Position numbers and translations under genes: made by a program. From NCBI GenBank assembly GCA_963742735.1, contig CAVUMN010000004.1:1376001-1440000 (forward strand): a stretch of DNA of 64,000 nt, written 5' to 3'. Under the pieces are notes generated by a model. It was not told the DNA's origin. It saw only the letters and a list, made by a program, of their open reading frames with translations, and ran no database searches. Positions 49,295 through 59,277 of the stretch are shown piece after piece. This DNA is from an uncultured Actinomycetes bacterium. GTDB lineage: Bacteria; Actinomycetota; UBA4738; JBBDTT01. Positions within the stretch are counted from its first letter, which is position 1; every line of letters starts with the position of its first letter.

Positions 49295-50289
49295 GGGTCC
49301 TCGTCGTCGCCCCGTACCCGCCCCGGCGGGACGGCATCGCCTCCTACGCCGCGGTCCAGGTCCAGCGCCTGCGCGAGGCCGGGCACGCCGTGACCGTCCT
49401 CTCGCCGCCGGACGGCGGCGGCGACGTGAAGGCAGAGTTCGTGGGGGGCGACGCGTTCCGTCGGGCCGCCGCCCTGGCCCCGGGCCACGACCGGGTCCTG
49501 GTGCACTTCCAGCCGAGCCTCTACTACCGCCCTCGCGCGCCGCTCTCGAAGATCGCCACGTCGCGCGCGCTGCTCTCGCTGTGCCGCCGCCGGAACGTCG
49601 AGGTCCTGGTCCATGAGGCCGATCCGCCGAAGCTGTGGCGTCCGGATTACGCCCTGCTGGCGGCGGCGTTTCGCCGGGCCCCGCGGCTGTGGTTCCACAC
49701 GATCGCCGAGCAGGCGGCCCTGGAACGCGGCTACCGCGTGCGAACCCGCGGCGCCCTGGTTCGGCATCGGGACGGCATCCGCGTGCAGGCGATCGGCCGC
49801 GACGAAGCCCGCCGCCGGCTCGGGCTCGACCCGGACGAGCCGCTGTTTGTGTGCCCGGGGTTCGTCCACTCGGACAAGGGGTTCGACCGAGCGGTCGAGG
49901 CCTTCGCCCGGGCGGGGGAGGGGACGCTGGTCGTCGTCGGCTCGGTGCGGGAGGCCACGCCCGCCAACGTCACGTACGCTTCCAGGCTTCGCGAGGCGTG
50001 CGCGGCCACGCCGGGGGCGTCGTGGCGCGAGGGGTTCGTCTCCGACGCCGACCTGGACGCGTGGATCGTCGCCGCCGACGCGGTGGTGTTGCCGTACCGC
50101 CGGTCGTGGTCGTCCGGCATGCTGGCGAGGGCCCAGGCCCTGGGGACGCCGGCGATCGTGGCTCGCGTCGGGGGGCTGCCCGAGCAGGCGGAGGATGCAG
50201 ACGTGGTGTTCGACACGGACCGGGAACTGGAGATCGCCCTGCGCGACGCCGTGGCCCGGGCCACCGGCCGCCTTCGGGAGGCGCGTTGA
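49291..50289 (+). CDS. Glycosyltransferase family 4
   Basis: PPRRDGIASY, GFVHSDKG, VLPYR..SSG, VGGLPEQ. Confidence 0.85.
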   Translation: MRVLVVAPYPPRRDGIASYAAVQVQRLREAGHAVTVLSPPDGGGDVKAEFVGGDAFRRAAALAPGHDRVLVHFQPSLYYRPRAPLSKIATSRALLSLCRRRNVEVLVHEADPPKLWRPDYALLAAAFRRAPRLWFHTIAEQAALERGYRVRTRGALVRHRDGIRVQAIGRDEARRRLGLDPDEPLFVCPGFVHSDKGFDRAVEAFARAGEGTLVVVGSVREATPANVTYASRLREACAATPGASWREGFVSDADLDAWIVAADAVVLPYRRSWSSGMLARAQALGTPAIVARVGGLPEQAEDADVVFDTDRELEIALRDAVARATGRLREAR

Positions 50290-50741
50290 GCGACCCGATG
50301 GCGTTCGACTTCGAGGCGGCCGAACGCCATCCGGAACCCGACCCACACCAACGGAGGAGACGAATCGTGCTGATCGTCCTGATCCTTTTCTCGGTGACCC
50401 TGGCGGCCACGGCGCAGCTCGTTCTGAAGGCCGGGATGGACAAGGTCGGCGCGATCGGCAAGGCCGACGTCGCCAGCCCGCTCACCACCATCGCCCGCGC
50501 CGCGCGGTTCCCCCAGGTGTGGATCGGCCTGGCGCTGTTCGGGGTGTCGGCGGCGTTCTGGCTGGTCGTGCTGTCGCGGGCGTCCCTGTCGTTCGCCTAC
50601 CCGTTCGCCGCGCTCACGTACGCCCTGATCCTGTTCGCCGACAAGTTCATCCTGGACAACCCCGTCCCCGGGCTGCGGTGGGTCGGCGTGGTGTTCATCG
50701 CCACCGGGATCATCCTGGTCTCGCGGACTCCCCACACATGA
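50286..50741 (+). CDS. SMR/EamA (ArnF-like) small membrane protein, possible lipid-sugar flippase subunit
   Basis: AQLVLKAG, W..VLSR..LSFAYP, four transmembrane segments. Confidence 0.78.
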   Translation: MSDPMAFDFEAAERHPEPDPHQRRRRIVLIVLILFSVTLAATAQLVLKAGMDKVGAIGKADVASPLTTIARAARFPQVWIGLALFGVSAAFWLVVLSRASLSFAYPFAALTYALILFADKFILDNPVPGLRWVGVVFIATGIILVSRTPHT

Positions 50742-51607
50742 CCGAGTCGCCTCGGCGGCCGTCGGTCTCGGTCGTCGTCGTCAACTTCAACGCCGGCGAC
50801 CACCTGCGGCGGTGCCTTCGCTCGGTGCTGGAGTTCTCGGGTGACGCACCCGTCGACGTGGTGGTCGTGGACAACGCCTCCATCGACGGCAGCGCCGACG
50901 CCGCGGAGTCCGGGTTCCCGGGGGTGCGCGTCATCCGCAACGACGTGAACGTGGGGTTCGCCACGGCGGCCAATCGGGGGATCCAGGCAACGGCCACCCG
51001 GTACGTCTTCCTGCTCAACCCCGACGCGGAGGTCCACGCGGGGACCCTCGCCGGGCTGGTGAAGGTGGCCGAGGAACGTCCTCGCGCGGGCGCGATCGGC
51101 GTCCTCGTCCGGACCCCGGAAGGAGAGATCTATCCGTCGGCGCGCCGGACCCCCTCGCTGGTGACGGGGCTCGGGCACGCCTTCCTCGGCCTGTTCGATC
51201 CCGACAACCGGTTCACCCGCGCCTACACCATGGCCGACTGGGACCGCGGCTCGGAGCGCGAGGTCGACTGGGTGAGCGGCTCCGCCGTCTTGCTCCGTCG
51301 CGAGGCCCTCGACCGCGTCCGCGGCTTCGACGAGGGCTACTTCATGTACGTCGAGGATCTCGACCTGTCCACGCGCCTGCGCCGGGCCGGCTGGGAGATC
51401 CGGTTCTCCCCGGAGCTGGAGGTCGTCCACGTCGGAGGGGTCTCCACCGGGCGCTCCCGCCGGATGTTCCTGGAGCACGGCCGCAGCGCGTACCGGTACT
51501 TCGTGAAGTTCCGGTCGCCGGGGCCGATGGCCCTCCTGCGCCCGCCGGCCCGGCTGGCCTTCTGGCTGCGGGCCCGGCTCGCCGCCCGGAAGCTGGGCCG
51601 TCCGTGA
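50738..51607 (+). CDS. GT2 glycosyltransferase, WbbL-like rhamnosyltransferase
   Basis: VVVVNFN, VDNAS.DGS, NVGF..A.NRG, LNPD, FDEGYFMYVEDLD. Confidence 0.88.
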   Translation: MTESPRRPSVSVVVVNFNAGDHLRRCLRSVLEFSGDAPVDVVVVDNASIDGSADAAESGFPGVRVIRNDVNVGFATAANRGIQATATRYVFLLNPDAEVHAGTLAGLVKVAEERPRAGAIGVLVRTPEGEIYPSARRTPSLVTGLGHAFLGLFDPDNRFTRAYTMADWDRGSEREVDWVSGSAVLLRREALDRVRGFDEGYFMYVEDLDLSTRLRRAGWEIRFSPELEVVHVGGVSTGRSRRMFLEHGRSAYRYFVKFRSPGPMALLRPPARLAFWLRARLAARKLGRP

Positions 51608-52620
51608 AGGCCGTGGTGCTCGTCGGCGGCGAGGGCACGCGCCTGCGCCCGCTGACCGAGACCATCCCCAAGCCGCTGCTGGAGTTCCTGCATCGGCCGT
51701 TCCTGCACACGGTGCTGGACCATCTGGCGGCCCACGGGGTCGAGGAGGCGGTCCTGTCCTCCCCGTATCTCGAGGAGCGGTTCGCGGGGTTCCTCGCGTC
51801 GCGCGAGGGTCACGCGCCGGCGGTCACGTGGATCACGGAGGACCAGCCGCTGGGGACGGCGGGGGCGATCGCCCACGCCCTGCCACACCTGGACGGCCCG
51901 ACGTTCGTCCTGAACGGCGACATCCTCACGGACCTGGATCTCGGCGCCCTGCTGGCGCTGCATCGAGACACCGAAGCCGTCGCCACGATCGCGCTCACCC
52001 CGGTCGAGGACGCCCGCCCCTACGGGTTGGTGACCACGCGGGGAACGCGGGTCCGCGCGTTCCGCGAGAAGCCCCAGGACCCCATCCCCGGCAACGTCAA
52101 CGCCGGCACCTACGTGCTGGAGCCCGAGGCCCTCGACGGCGTCCCCGCCGGCCGGACGATCTCGATCGAGCGGGAGGTGTTCCCGGCGCTCATCAAGGCG
52201 GGCCGGATCGTCTCCGCGTTCGCGTCCGACGCCTACTGGCTGGACCTCGGGACCCCCGAGCGTTACCTGCAGGCGCACTTCGACGTCCTGGAGGGACGCG
52301 TGCGCGGCTTCGACGTCCCCGCCCCGTTCGTGGCCGAGGGCGCGCGGGTGGACCTGCGGGCTCGCCTGGGGCGGTGGGTGGTGGTCGGGCCCGACGCCGA
52401 GATCGCCCGGGACGCCGAGGTCGAGGACTCCCTGGTCCAGCGGGAGGCCTCCGTCGAGGCCGGCGCGCGGGTGCGGAACTCCATTCTGGGCCCGGACTCC
52501 GACGTCGGCGCCGGGGCGGTCCTGACCGGCGCGGTGCTGGCCGAGGGCGCTCGCGTGGCTCCCGGCGTGGTCGCCGACGGAGCCCGGGTGGGCCCCGAGG
52601 AGCTGTTCACCGGCCCCTGA
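51604..52620 (+). CDS. NDP-sugar synthase, probably mannose-1-phosphate guanylyltransferase
   Basis: GGEGTRLRPLT..PKP, PLGTAG, NGD, EKP, SIEREVFP, hexapeptide-repeat tail. Confidence 0.88.
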   Translation: MKAVVLVGGEGTRLRPLTETIPKPLLEFLHRPFLHTVLDHLAAHGVEEAVLSSPYLEERFAGFLASREGHAPAVTWITEDQPLGTAGAIAHALPHLDGPTFVLNGDILTDLDLGALLALHRDTEAVATIALTPVEDARPYGLVTTRGTRVRAFREKPQDPIPGNVNAGTYVLEPEALDGVPAGRTISIEREVFPALIKAGRIVSAFASDAYWLDLGTPERYLQAHFDVLEGRVRGFDVPAPFVAEGARVDLRARLGRWVVVGPDAEIARDAEVEDSLVQREASVEAGARVRNSILGPDSDVGAGAVLTGAVLAEGARVAPGVVADGARVGPEELFTGP

Positions 52621-52700
52621 GCCCGCAGGCAGGATTCCCTGAATCGGCCAAATCGCTGTGCTACCTTGGGGGTCCACGCCCCCGACACCTGAAGGGACCG

Positions 52701-54410
52701 ATGCGTAGGACCGCGCTCGTGATCGCGCTCGTCGCGGGCCTCCTGATGGGAGGCTCCGGCGCCGCGCGGGCCGCCATCGACTTCGACCTGTACGGCGGCG
52801 GCTACGGCCATGGCCTCGGCCTGTCGCAGTACGGGGCGTACGGCCTGACGCAGAAGGGGTGGACCCGCAACGGGATCCTCCAGCGGTTCTACACGGGCAC
52901 CACGGTCGCCGCCGCCACCGCCCCGCCGTCGAGCATCCGGGTCGGCCTCATCCAGGGCTTCGTGTCGACGCGGGTCAAGGCCGTGGGCGGCGCCGTGAAC
53001 GTGAAGATCGGCGGAACCGCCCTTCCGAACGTGGCCACGATCCCCGAGGGCGAGACGTGGACGATCTCGGTGTGCGCCGGCAAGTACTGCGTGAAGCGTC
53101 CCGACGGGACCCAGGCCGCGACCGGGGGCGGCACCGGCTCGCACCTCTTCCTCACCTACCAGCCCTCGGGGAACTCGGTGTTCCTCTACGGCACGAACCA
53201 CACCTACGACCGGGGCTGGATGGAGTTCAACATCTACGCCCCGTGCACGGGGTGCGCCCTCGACTTCCGGGTGATCAACGTCGCGGGCCTTCAGGGATAC
53301 CTGTACGGCCTGGGCGAGGTCCCCAGCTCGTGGCCGGCGACGACCCTCCAGGTGCAGGCCGTCGCCGCCCGGACCTACGCGCTCTACAAGGTCAACACGA
53401 GCGGACAGAACCGGCCGGTCTGCAACTGCGCCGTCTACGCCAGCACGCTCGACCAGGTCTACGTGGGCGCCGACAAGGTGAACGCGGCGTTCGGCGCCAA
53501 CTGGAAGGCCGCGGTCGACGCCACCAACAACCTGATCGTGAAGAAGGGCACGTCGCCGATCGGGGCCTTCTACCACTCGTCCTCGGGCGGGTTCACCGAG
53601 AACAACGAGAACGTGTGGGGCGGCGCGCCGCTCGACTACCTGCGCGGACGGTGCGACCCCGGCGACTACACGACCGCGAACCCCAACCGGACCTGGACCT
53701 CCACCTTCACCGGGGCGGCGATCGGGAACCTCCTGGCCTCGTACACCGGGACCGACATCGGCGACGCCACGAGCTTCTCCGACACCAGCCGCGGCGTGTC
53801 GGGACGGATCATCGAGACGAAGGTCAACGGGACGAACGGGTCGGTCACCGTGTCCGGCTCGACCCTTCGGCGCGCGCTCGGGCTGAAGGACCACCACGTC
53901 TGGATCAACAGCAACCGGAACGTCACCGGGACCATCCGCACGACCTACGACAGCCGAATGTGCGCCCCGGGGCTCCCGACCTCCGTCTCGATCACCGTCA
54001 CCGGCGGCCGGTACCAGGCCTTCAACGACGGACGGATCTACGCGAACAATGCGCTCGGCGGCGCGTACTGGACCCACGGGCCCATCGGCGACAAGTACAT
54101 CGCCATGGGTGCGCACACCAGCGTCCTCGGCATCCCCCGGGAGGGGATCGTCGCGGTTGGCTCCACCGGCGGCAGCCGTGAGAACTTCGAGGGCGGAACG
54201 ATCTACTACAAGGCCGCGACCGGCGCCCACGAGGTCCACGGCCGCATCTACAACGTGTACCTCAGCAAGGGTGGCGCCACCAGCTCGCTGGGCTACCCCA
54301 AGACGGACGTCGTGAATCAGGGGAACGGGACGCTGAAGTCCACCTTCGAGCACGGCACGATCACGTGCCCGAACTCCGACACCGGCTCCTGCACGACCGT
54401 CGTCAGCTAG
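52701..54410 (+). CDS. Secreted SpoIID/LytB-domain protein with LGFP-like repeats
   Basis: GYGHGLGLSQYGA, EVPSSW, QAVAARTYA, DQVY; C-terminal LGIP/LGYP..FEGG repeats. Confidence 0.88.
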   Translation: MRRTALVIALVAGLLMGGSGAARAAIDFDLYGGGYGHGLGLSQYGAYGLTQKGWTRNGILQRFYTGTTVAAATAPPSSIRVGLIQGFVSTRVKAVGGAVNVKIGGTALPNVATIPEGETWTISVCAGKYCVKRPDGTQAATGGGTGSHLFLTYQPSGNSVFLYGTNHTYDRGWMEFNIYAPCTGCALDFRVINVAGLQGYLYGLGEVPSSWPATTLQVQAVAARTYALYKVNTSGQNRPVCNCAVYASTLDQVYVGADKVNAAFGANWKAAVDATNNLIVKKGTSPIGAFYHSSSGGFTENNENVWGGAPLDYLRGRCDPGDYTTANPNRTWTSTFTGAAIGNLLASYTGTDIGDATSFSDTSRGVSGRIIETKVNGTNGSVTVSGSTLRRALGLKDHHVWINSNRNVTGTIRTTYDSRMCAPGLPTSVSITVTGGRYQAFNDGRIYANNALGGAYWTHGPIGDKYIAMGAHTSVLGIPREGIVAVGSTGGSRENFEGGTIYYKAATGAHEVHGRIYNVYLSKGGATSSLGYPKTDVVNQGNGTLKSTFEHGTITCPNSDTGSCTTVVS

Positions 54411-54413
54411 GGC

Positions 54414-55157
54414 TCAAGCCGCGCCGGGCTCCGGCGCGTGGTTCTCGCCTCTGAACGCCTCGATCCAGCCGTTGGCGATGGTGGTGGCCTGGGCCGGCTC
54501 AATGGTGGACGGGCAGGTCATCAGGTAGTTCCACGCCGCGAACGCGACCGAGGTGCCCTCGGGAAGCCCGGCGTAGGGGGCCAGGATGACCTTCTCCTCG
54601 TCGGTGGCGGCCTCGGTGAGGGCACCGACGACCTCCTCCGGCGTCGCGTCCGGTTCCTCGGCCGTGTAGTACATGACGGCGTAGGCGTGCTCCATGCTGT
54701 GGACGAGCTTCGCCTCCTCCTGCGGGGACTCGTACACGCCTGCGTCGAGCGGCGACGGGTCGTGGCGCCCGGACGTCGCCGGGACGTCCTCGTAGGCGTA
54801 CGGCTGCTCGTGCCCGCCGCCGAAGTCCTGCTGCCGTTCCATGGGCGAGCACCCGGCGGCCTCGGCCGCGGCGACCGTCTCCTCCGAGAGCTCCGGCGTG
54901 CCGACCCGGGTCAGGAACCAGAAGATCCCCGCGATCAGGGCCGCGATCCCCACCACGGTCACGACCCGGCGGATGGCCGCACGGCGCCGGTAGCTCTTGA
55001 TCGCCCGCTCCCGCGCCCGCCGGGCCTCCTCCTTGTACTGGCGGCGCTGCGGGGGAGCGGCCTTCGCCGGCGCCTTGGTCTCGGACGCGCTCGCGGCCGC
55101 CGACGGCTTGGCCGCCGGGGGCGTGTAGGGGCGCTTCCGCTTGCGTTTCTTGGCCAT
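54414..55157 (-). CDS. DUF3105-family membrane-anchored protein
   Basis: PATSGRH, VHSMEH, AAW, APEP. Confidence 0.82.
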   Translation of the reverse strand: MAKKRKRKRPYTPPAAKPSAAASASETKAPAKAAPPQRRQYKEEARRARERAIKSYRRRAAIRRVVTVVGIAALIAGIFWFLTRVGTPELSEETVAAAEAAGCSPMERQQDFGGGHEQPYAYEDVPATSGRHDPSPLDAGVYESPQEEAKLVHSMEHAYAVMYYTAEEPDATPEEVVGALTEAATDEEKVILAPYAGLPEGTSVAFAAWNYLMTCPSTIEPAQATTIANGWIEAFRGENHAPEPGAA

Positions 55158-55160
55158 GCG

Positions 55161-55487
55161 TCAACCCTTGGGAGTGCCGGGAAACTTGAACTCTACCGGC
55201 TGGGTTCCCAATCGAGCTGCGAGGCGGCCGAGGTACACGATCACCAGCACACCGAGGAAGGTGACGGTCAGCGCATAGACGAAGAGCGCGGCGACCTGGC
55301 CCGCCGTCCCGAACAGCTGCTCGAACCACTTCTGGATCGCCGTGTTCCAGGCGAGGGCGACCACGACGCCGAACGCGGTGCTGACCAGCGAGATGACGGT
55401 GGCCAGGAACTCCTTGGAGAACCGGCCCGCCTGCTTCGTCACCAGGTCGATCGGCTTCAGGTCCTCGTTCTCGGTCTCGTCTGCCAT
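55161..55487 (-). CDS. Small two-helix membrane protein, DUF5654-like
   Basis: TAFGVVVALAWNTAI...FVYAL; SD GGAGG. Confidence 0.75.
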   Translation of the reverse strand: MADETENEDLKPIDLVTKQAGRFSKEFLATVISLVSTAFGVVVALAWNTAIQKWFEQLFGTAGQVAALFVYALTVTFLGVLVIVYLGRLAARLGTQPVEFKFPGTPKG

Positions 55488-55613
55488 CGGGTCCTCCCTG
55501 TCGACGGGTCCACGGATGCTAACCAGGCGCCGCGAATTGAGTCCGGGGCTCCGGCTCCCTATGCTTCGCGTGCCTTCCCCGCCGGGCTTCCCCCTGGGGA
55601 AAGGAGCGCGCGT

Positions 55614-57018
55614 ATGGCGACGGAGACACGCCCGTCGACCTCCGCGTCGGGCCTCGACCGCTTCTTCCACATCTCCGAGCGCGGGTCGACCGTGCGAACG
55701 GAGCTGCTGGCCGGGGTCGCCACGTGGCTCACGATGGCCTACATCCTGTTCGTCAACCCCGCGATCCTGGGGGCGGTCGCGGATCGCGACGGCGTCCAGC
55801 TGGCCTTCCCGCAGGTCCTGACGGTGACGGCGCTGGTCGCCGGGGTCATGTGCCTCCTGATGGGCCTCTACGCGAACTACCCGTTCGCGCTGGCGGCGGG
55901 GCTCGGCCTGAACGCGTTCGTGGCGTTCACGCTGGTGCTCGGCAACCAGCTGACGTGGCCCGAGGCGATGGGGGTGATCCTCATCGAGGGGCTGGCCATC
56001 ACGGTCCTGGTCCTCACCGGGTTGCGGGAGGCGATCCTCAACGCGATCCCCATGGACCTGAAACGGGCCATCGGGATCGGCATCGGCCTGTTCATCGCGT
56101 TCATCGGCCTCGAGGAGGCCGGCGTGGTGATCCGGCCGGAGAGCGCCGACCCGATCGTGACCCTCAGCCGGGATCTCACGACCCTGCGGATGCTGGTGTT
56201 CGCGTTCGGGCTCGCGTTGACGGGGATCCTCGTGGCCCGCAAGACGCGGGGAGCCCTGCTGATCGGGATCCTCGGAGCCACCGCGCTGGCCCTGGTCCTG
56301 AACTACGGCTGGGTGGACAAGGGCCTGTACGAGCTGCCCGGCGTCGGCCTGTTCCCCAGCGACGTCGTCCAGGGCCCGGACTTCTCGCTCCTGGGCAACG
56401 TGTCGTTCAACGTGTTCGAGGTCCTGGGGTGGGCGACGGCGCTCGCCGCCATCCTGTCGGTGATGCTCTCCGACTTCTTCGACACGATGGGGACCGTCGT
56501 CGGCCTGGGCGGCGAGGCGGGGCTGCTCGACAAGGACGGCAAGCTCCCGAGGATCAAGCGGGTGCTGCTCGTCGACTCGCTGGCCGCGGCGGCCGGCGGG
56601 GCCGCGTCGGCCTCCTCGAACACCACGTACATCGAGAGCGCCTCGGGCATCGCCGAGGGCGGCCGTACCGGGTTGACCTCGGTGGTCGTCGGCGTGCTGT
56701 TCCTGCTGTCGCTGTTCCTCTCGCCGATCGCGGGGATGATCCCGCCCGAGGCGACGGCGCCGGTCCTGGTCATCGTCGGCTACTTCATGATGACGCTGGT
56801 CAAGGACATCGACTGGGCCGACCCGCCGGATCGGCATCTCGGCCCTGCTGACGATGGTCATGATGCCGTTTACCTTCAGCATCACGAACGGCGTGGCCGC
56901 CGGGTTCGTGGCGTACACGGTCCTCAGTGTCGGGGCCGGGAAGTGGAAGGAGGTCCACCCGCTTCTGTACGGGGTCTCGGCGGTGTTCGTCTGGTACTTC
57001 CTGCGCGGCGTGGTCTAG
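55614..57018 (+). pseudogene. NCS2/AzgA purine permease, frameshift near 56826
   Basis: TMAYILFVNP, GLNAF, DFFDTMGT, YIESASG, GGRTGL; MPFTFSITNG continues in another frame. Confidence 0.88.
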
Positions 57019-58292
57019 CCGCGGCGCAGGTGGTCCTCGATGGCGAGCGGTGACCGCTCGGGTGGGCCCTCCGCGGGTGGAGGGCCCACCGCGATCGCGC
57101 CCATCGGGATCCACTCGGGCCCGAGGCCGAGGGACTCGCGCGCCTCGTCCTTGCAGAACAGGGTGGAGGAGACCCAGCACGAGGCGAGGCCCTGGGCGTG
57201 GAGCGCGAGCATGAAGCTCTGCACCGCGGCGCCGCCGGAGAGCAGGAACATCTCGCGCTCGGCCGCCGTGCGCTCGTCGTCCGCGTAGGCCTGTGCCCCG
57301 TCCGGCCGGAGGGCGGGGATCACCAGCAGGGGGGCCTCGCCGAGCAGCGCGTCCGAGCGCGCCAGGCGGCGGGCGATGACCGCCTCGTCGGTCCCGTCGG
57401 TTCGCAGGTCGGCCGCCCAGGCGTCGGCCATCGCCGAGAGCAGCCGCCGGCGGCCCGCCGGGGACTCGAGCGCCAGGAACAGCCACGGGCGCGTGTGGTG
57501 GGGGGCCGGCGCCGTGCACGCCGCCCGGACCGCCTCCTCGACGGCCTCGCGAGGGACGCCCCCCTCGCCGAAGGACCGGATGGAACGACGGGCGTGGATG
57601 GCCTGGAGCGGCGACTCGCGGAACAGGTCCTCCTCGGGCGGGCGGACCAGGTCGCGGCCGGTCCCGTCGGGGGCGGACCACTCGAGTCCGCGGACGATCG
57701 CCACCGGGATCCCCTCGGCCTTGCCCATCACCAGCCCGCCCGCGGCCGCGACCTCGTCGGCCAGGGCGACCTCGGTGACCTCGAGCTCGCGTCCGCCCGC
57801 GTCCGACGTCCCCCGCAGATCCACGGACGCCGGCATGCCGGCGACGCCGATCGCCACGTTCACGAGCCCGGTCCGCCACGGCCTCCCGAAGGTGTCGGTG
57901 ACGACCACGGCGACCCGCGCGCCGGTCCGGGCCTCGAGTCCCTTGCGGATGCCCTCGGCCGAGCCATCCGGGTCCTCGGGGAGCAGGGAAAGGAACCCCT
58001 CTGCCACGTTCGACGCGTCCACGCCCGCGTTCGCGCAGACGAACCCATGGCGCGTCTCGGCGATGACCAGCTCGCCGCGGCGGGCGACGGTGCGAACCGA
58101 CTCCCGCGCGACCCAGCGGTCTCGGCCCTCGGCGTCGGGCACCACGCGCCCCTCCGCCTTCGACACCACCTTCTGGGTGACCACCACGACGTCGCCGTCG
58201 CGCAGATCCTCGTGGGCGGCGATCAGCTCGGCGAGGTCGTCGCCCTTGCGGACCTCGGGGAGCCCGGCGACCGGGATGAGCTCGACGCGCAC
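57015..58292 (-). CDS. cofE: F420-0:gamma-glutamyl ligase fused to nitroreductase domain
   Basis: QKVVSKAEGR, CANAGVDASN, DTFGRPWR; RRSIR, APAPHHTRPW (FbiB architecture). Confidence 0.93.
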   Translation of the reverse strand: MRVELIPVAGLPEVRKGDDLAELIAAHEDLRDGDVVVVTQKVVSKAEGRVVPDAEGRDRWVARESVRTVARRGELVIAETRHGFVCANAGVDASNVAEGFLSLLPEDPDGSAEGIRKGLEARTGARVAVVVTDTFGRPWRTGLVNVAIGVAGMPASVDLRGTSDAGGRELEVTEVALADEVAAAGGLVMGKAEGIPVAIVRGLEWSAPDGTGRDLVRPPEEDLFRESPLQAIHARRSIRSFGEGGVPREAVEEAVRAACTAPAPHHTRPWLFLALESPAGRRRLLSAMADAWAADLRTDGTDEAVIARRLARSDALLGEAPLLVIPALRPDGAQAYADDERTAAEREMFLLSGGAAVQSFMLALHAQGLASCWVSSTLFCKDEARESLGLGPEWIPMGAIAVGPPPAEGPPERSPLAIEDHLRRG

Positions 58293-58293
58293 G

Positions 58294-59225
58294 TCAGCTC
58301 ACCAGCGCGAGCGCGGTACGGGCGATCGTCTCGGAGACGTCGTCGTCGGCCATGATCGTGTCGGTCACGGCGACGTTGATCCCGAGGCCCTCGACGTCCG
58401 GCGCGAGCGCGCGGTCGGCCTCGTCGATGACCCATCCGCCGAGCAGCCCCTCGTACGCCCGCGCCGCCCCCACGGCGGTCACGTCGAGCCCGGCCGCCGG
58501 CATGAGCTTGTCCGCCATGCCCGCCACGGGCGCGCCGCCCACGATCGGGCTGACCCCGACGACCGTGTCCCGGCGTGCGGCGAGGGCGTCGCGGACGCCG
58601 CCGAGGGCCAGGATGGGACCGAGCGACACCACCGGGTTCGACGGGCACAGCACCACCGCGTCGGCCTCGGCGATCGCCTCGAGGACCCCGGGCGACGGGC
58701 GCGCGTCGGCGATGCCGGCGAACATGATGCCGGTCACCTCGTCCCGGGCGTGGCGCGCAACCCAGTACTCCTGGAAGTGGAGGTCCTCGCCGCCGGTCGT
58801 CTGGATTCGCGTGGTGACCGACGTGTCGGACATGGGCAGGAGCTGCGATCCGACGCCGAACGCGCGGCGCACCGCGTCGGTGGCATCCGAGAGGGTCGCG
58901 CCGGCGCCCAGCAGCCGGGTCCGCATCTGGTGGGTCGCCAGGTCGAGATCCCCGAGTGCGAACCAGCCGCCCTCGGGATCGATCCGCTTCAGCTCCTCGA
59001 ACGCACGGAACGTCTCCCCGCCCCGGCCCCACCCACGCTCGCGGTCGAACACGTCGCCCAGCCAGTAGGTGACCGAGTCCAGGTCGGGGGAGACGTGAGC
59101 CCGTTCAGGACGAGGTCGTCGCCGGTGTTCACCACTACCGTGACGTCCTCGGGCGGAACCGCGCGGACCAAGCCGCGCAGGAACTTCCCCGCGCCGATCC
59201 CGCCCGCCAGCGCCGTGACCTTCAT
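58294..59225 (-). pseudogene. cofD: 2-phospho-L-lactate (phosphoenolpyruvate) transferase, frameshift near 59095
   Basis: LAGGIGAGKF, NTGDD; WFALGD.D.ATH, HFQEYWV, PSNPVVS. Confidence 0.9.
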
Positions 59226-59277
59226 GCCGGGAACCCTATCCGCAGGTGGCGAGTGGACGAGGGCCGAACGAGTAGCC

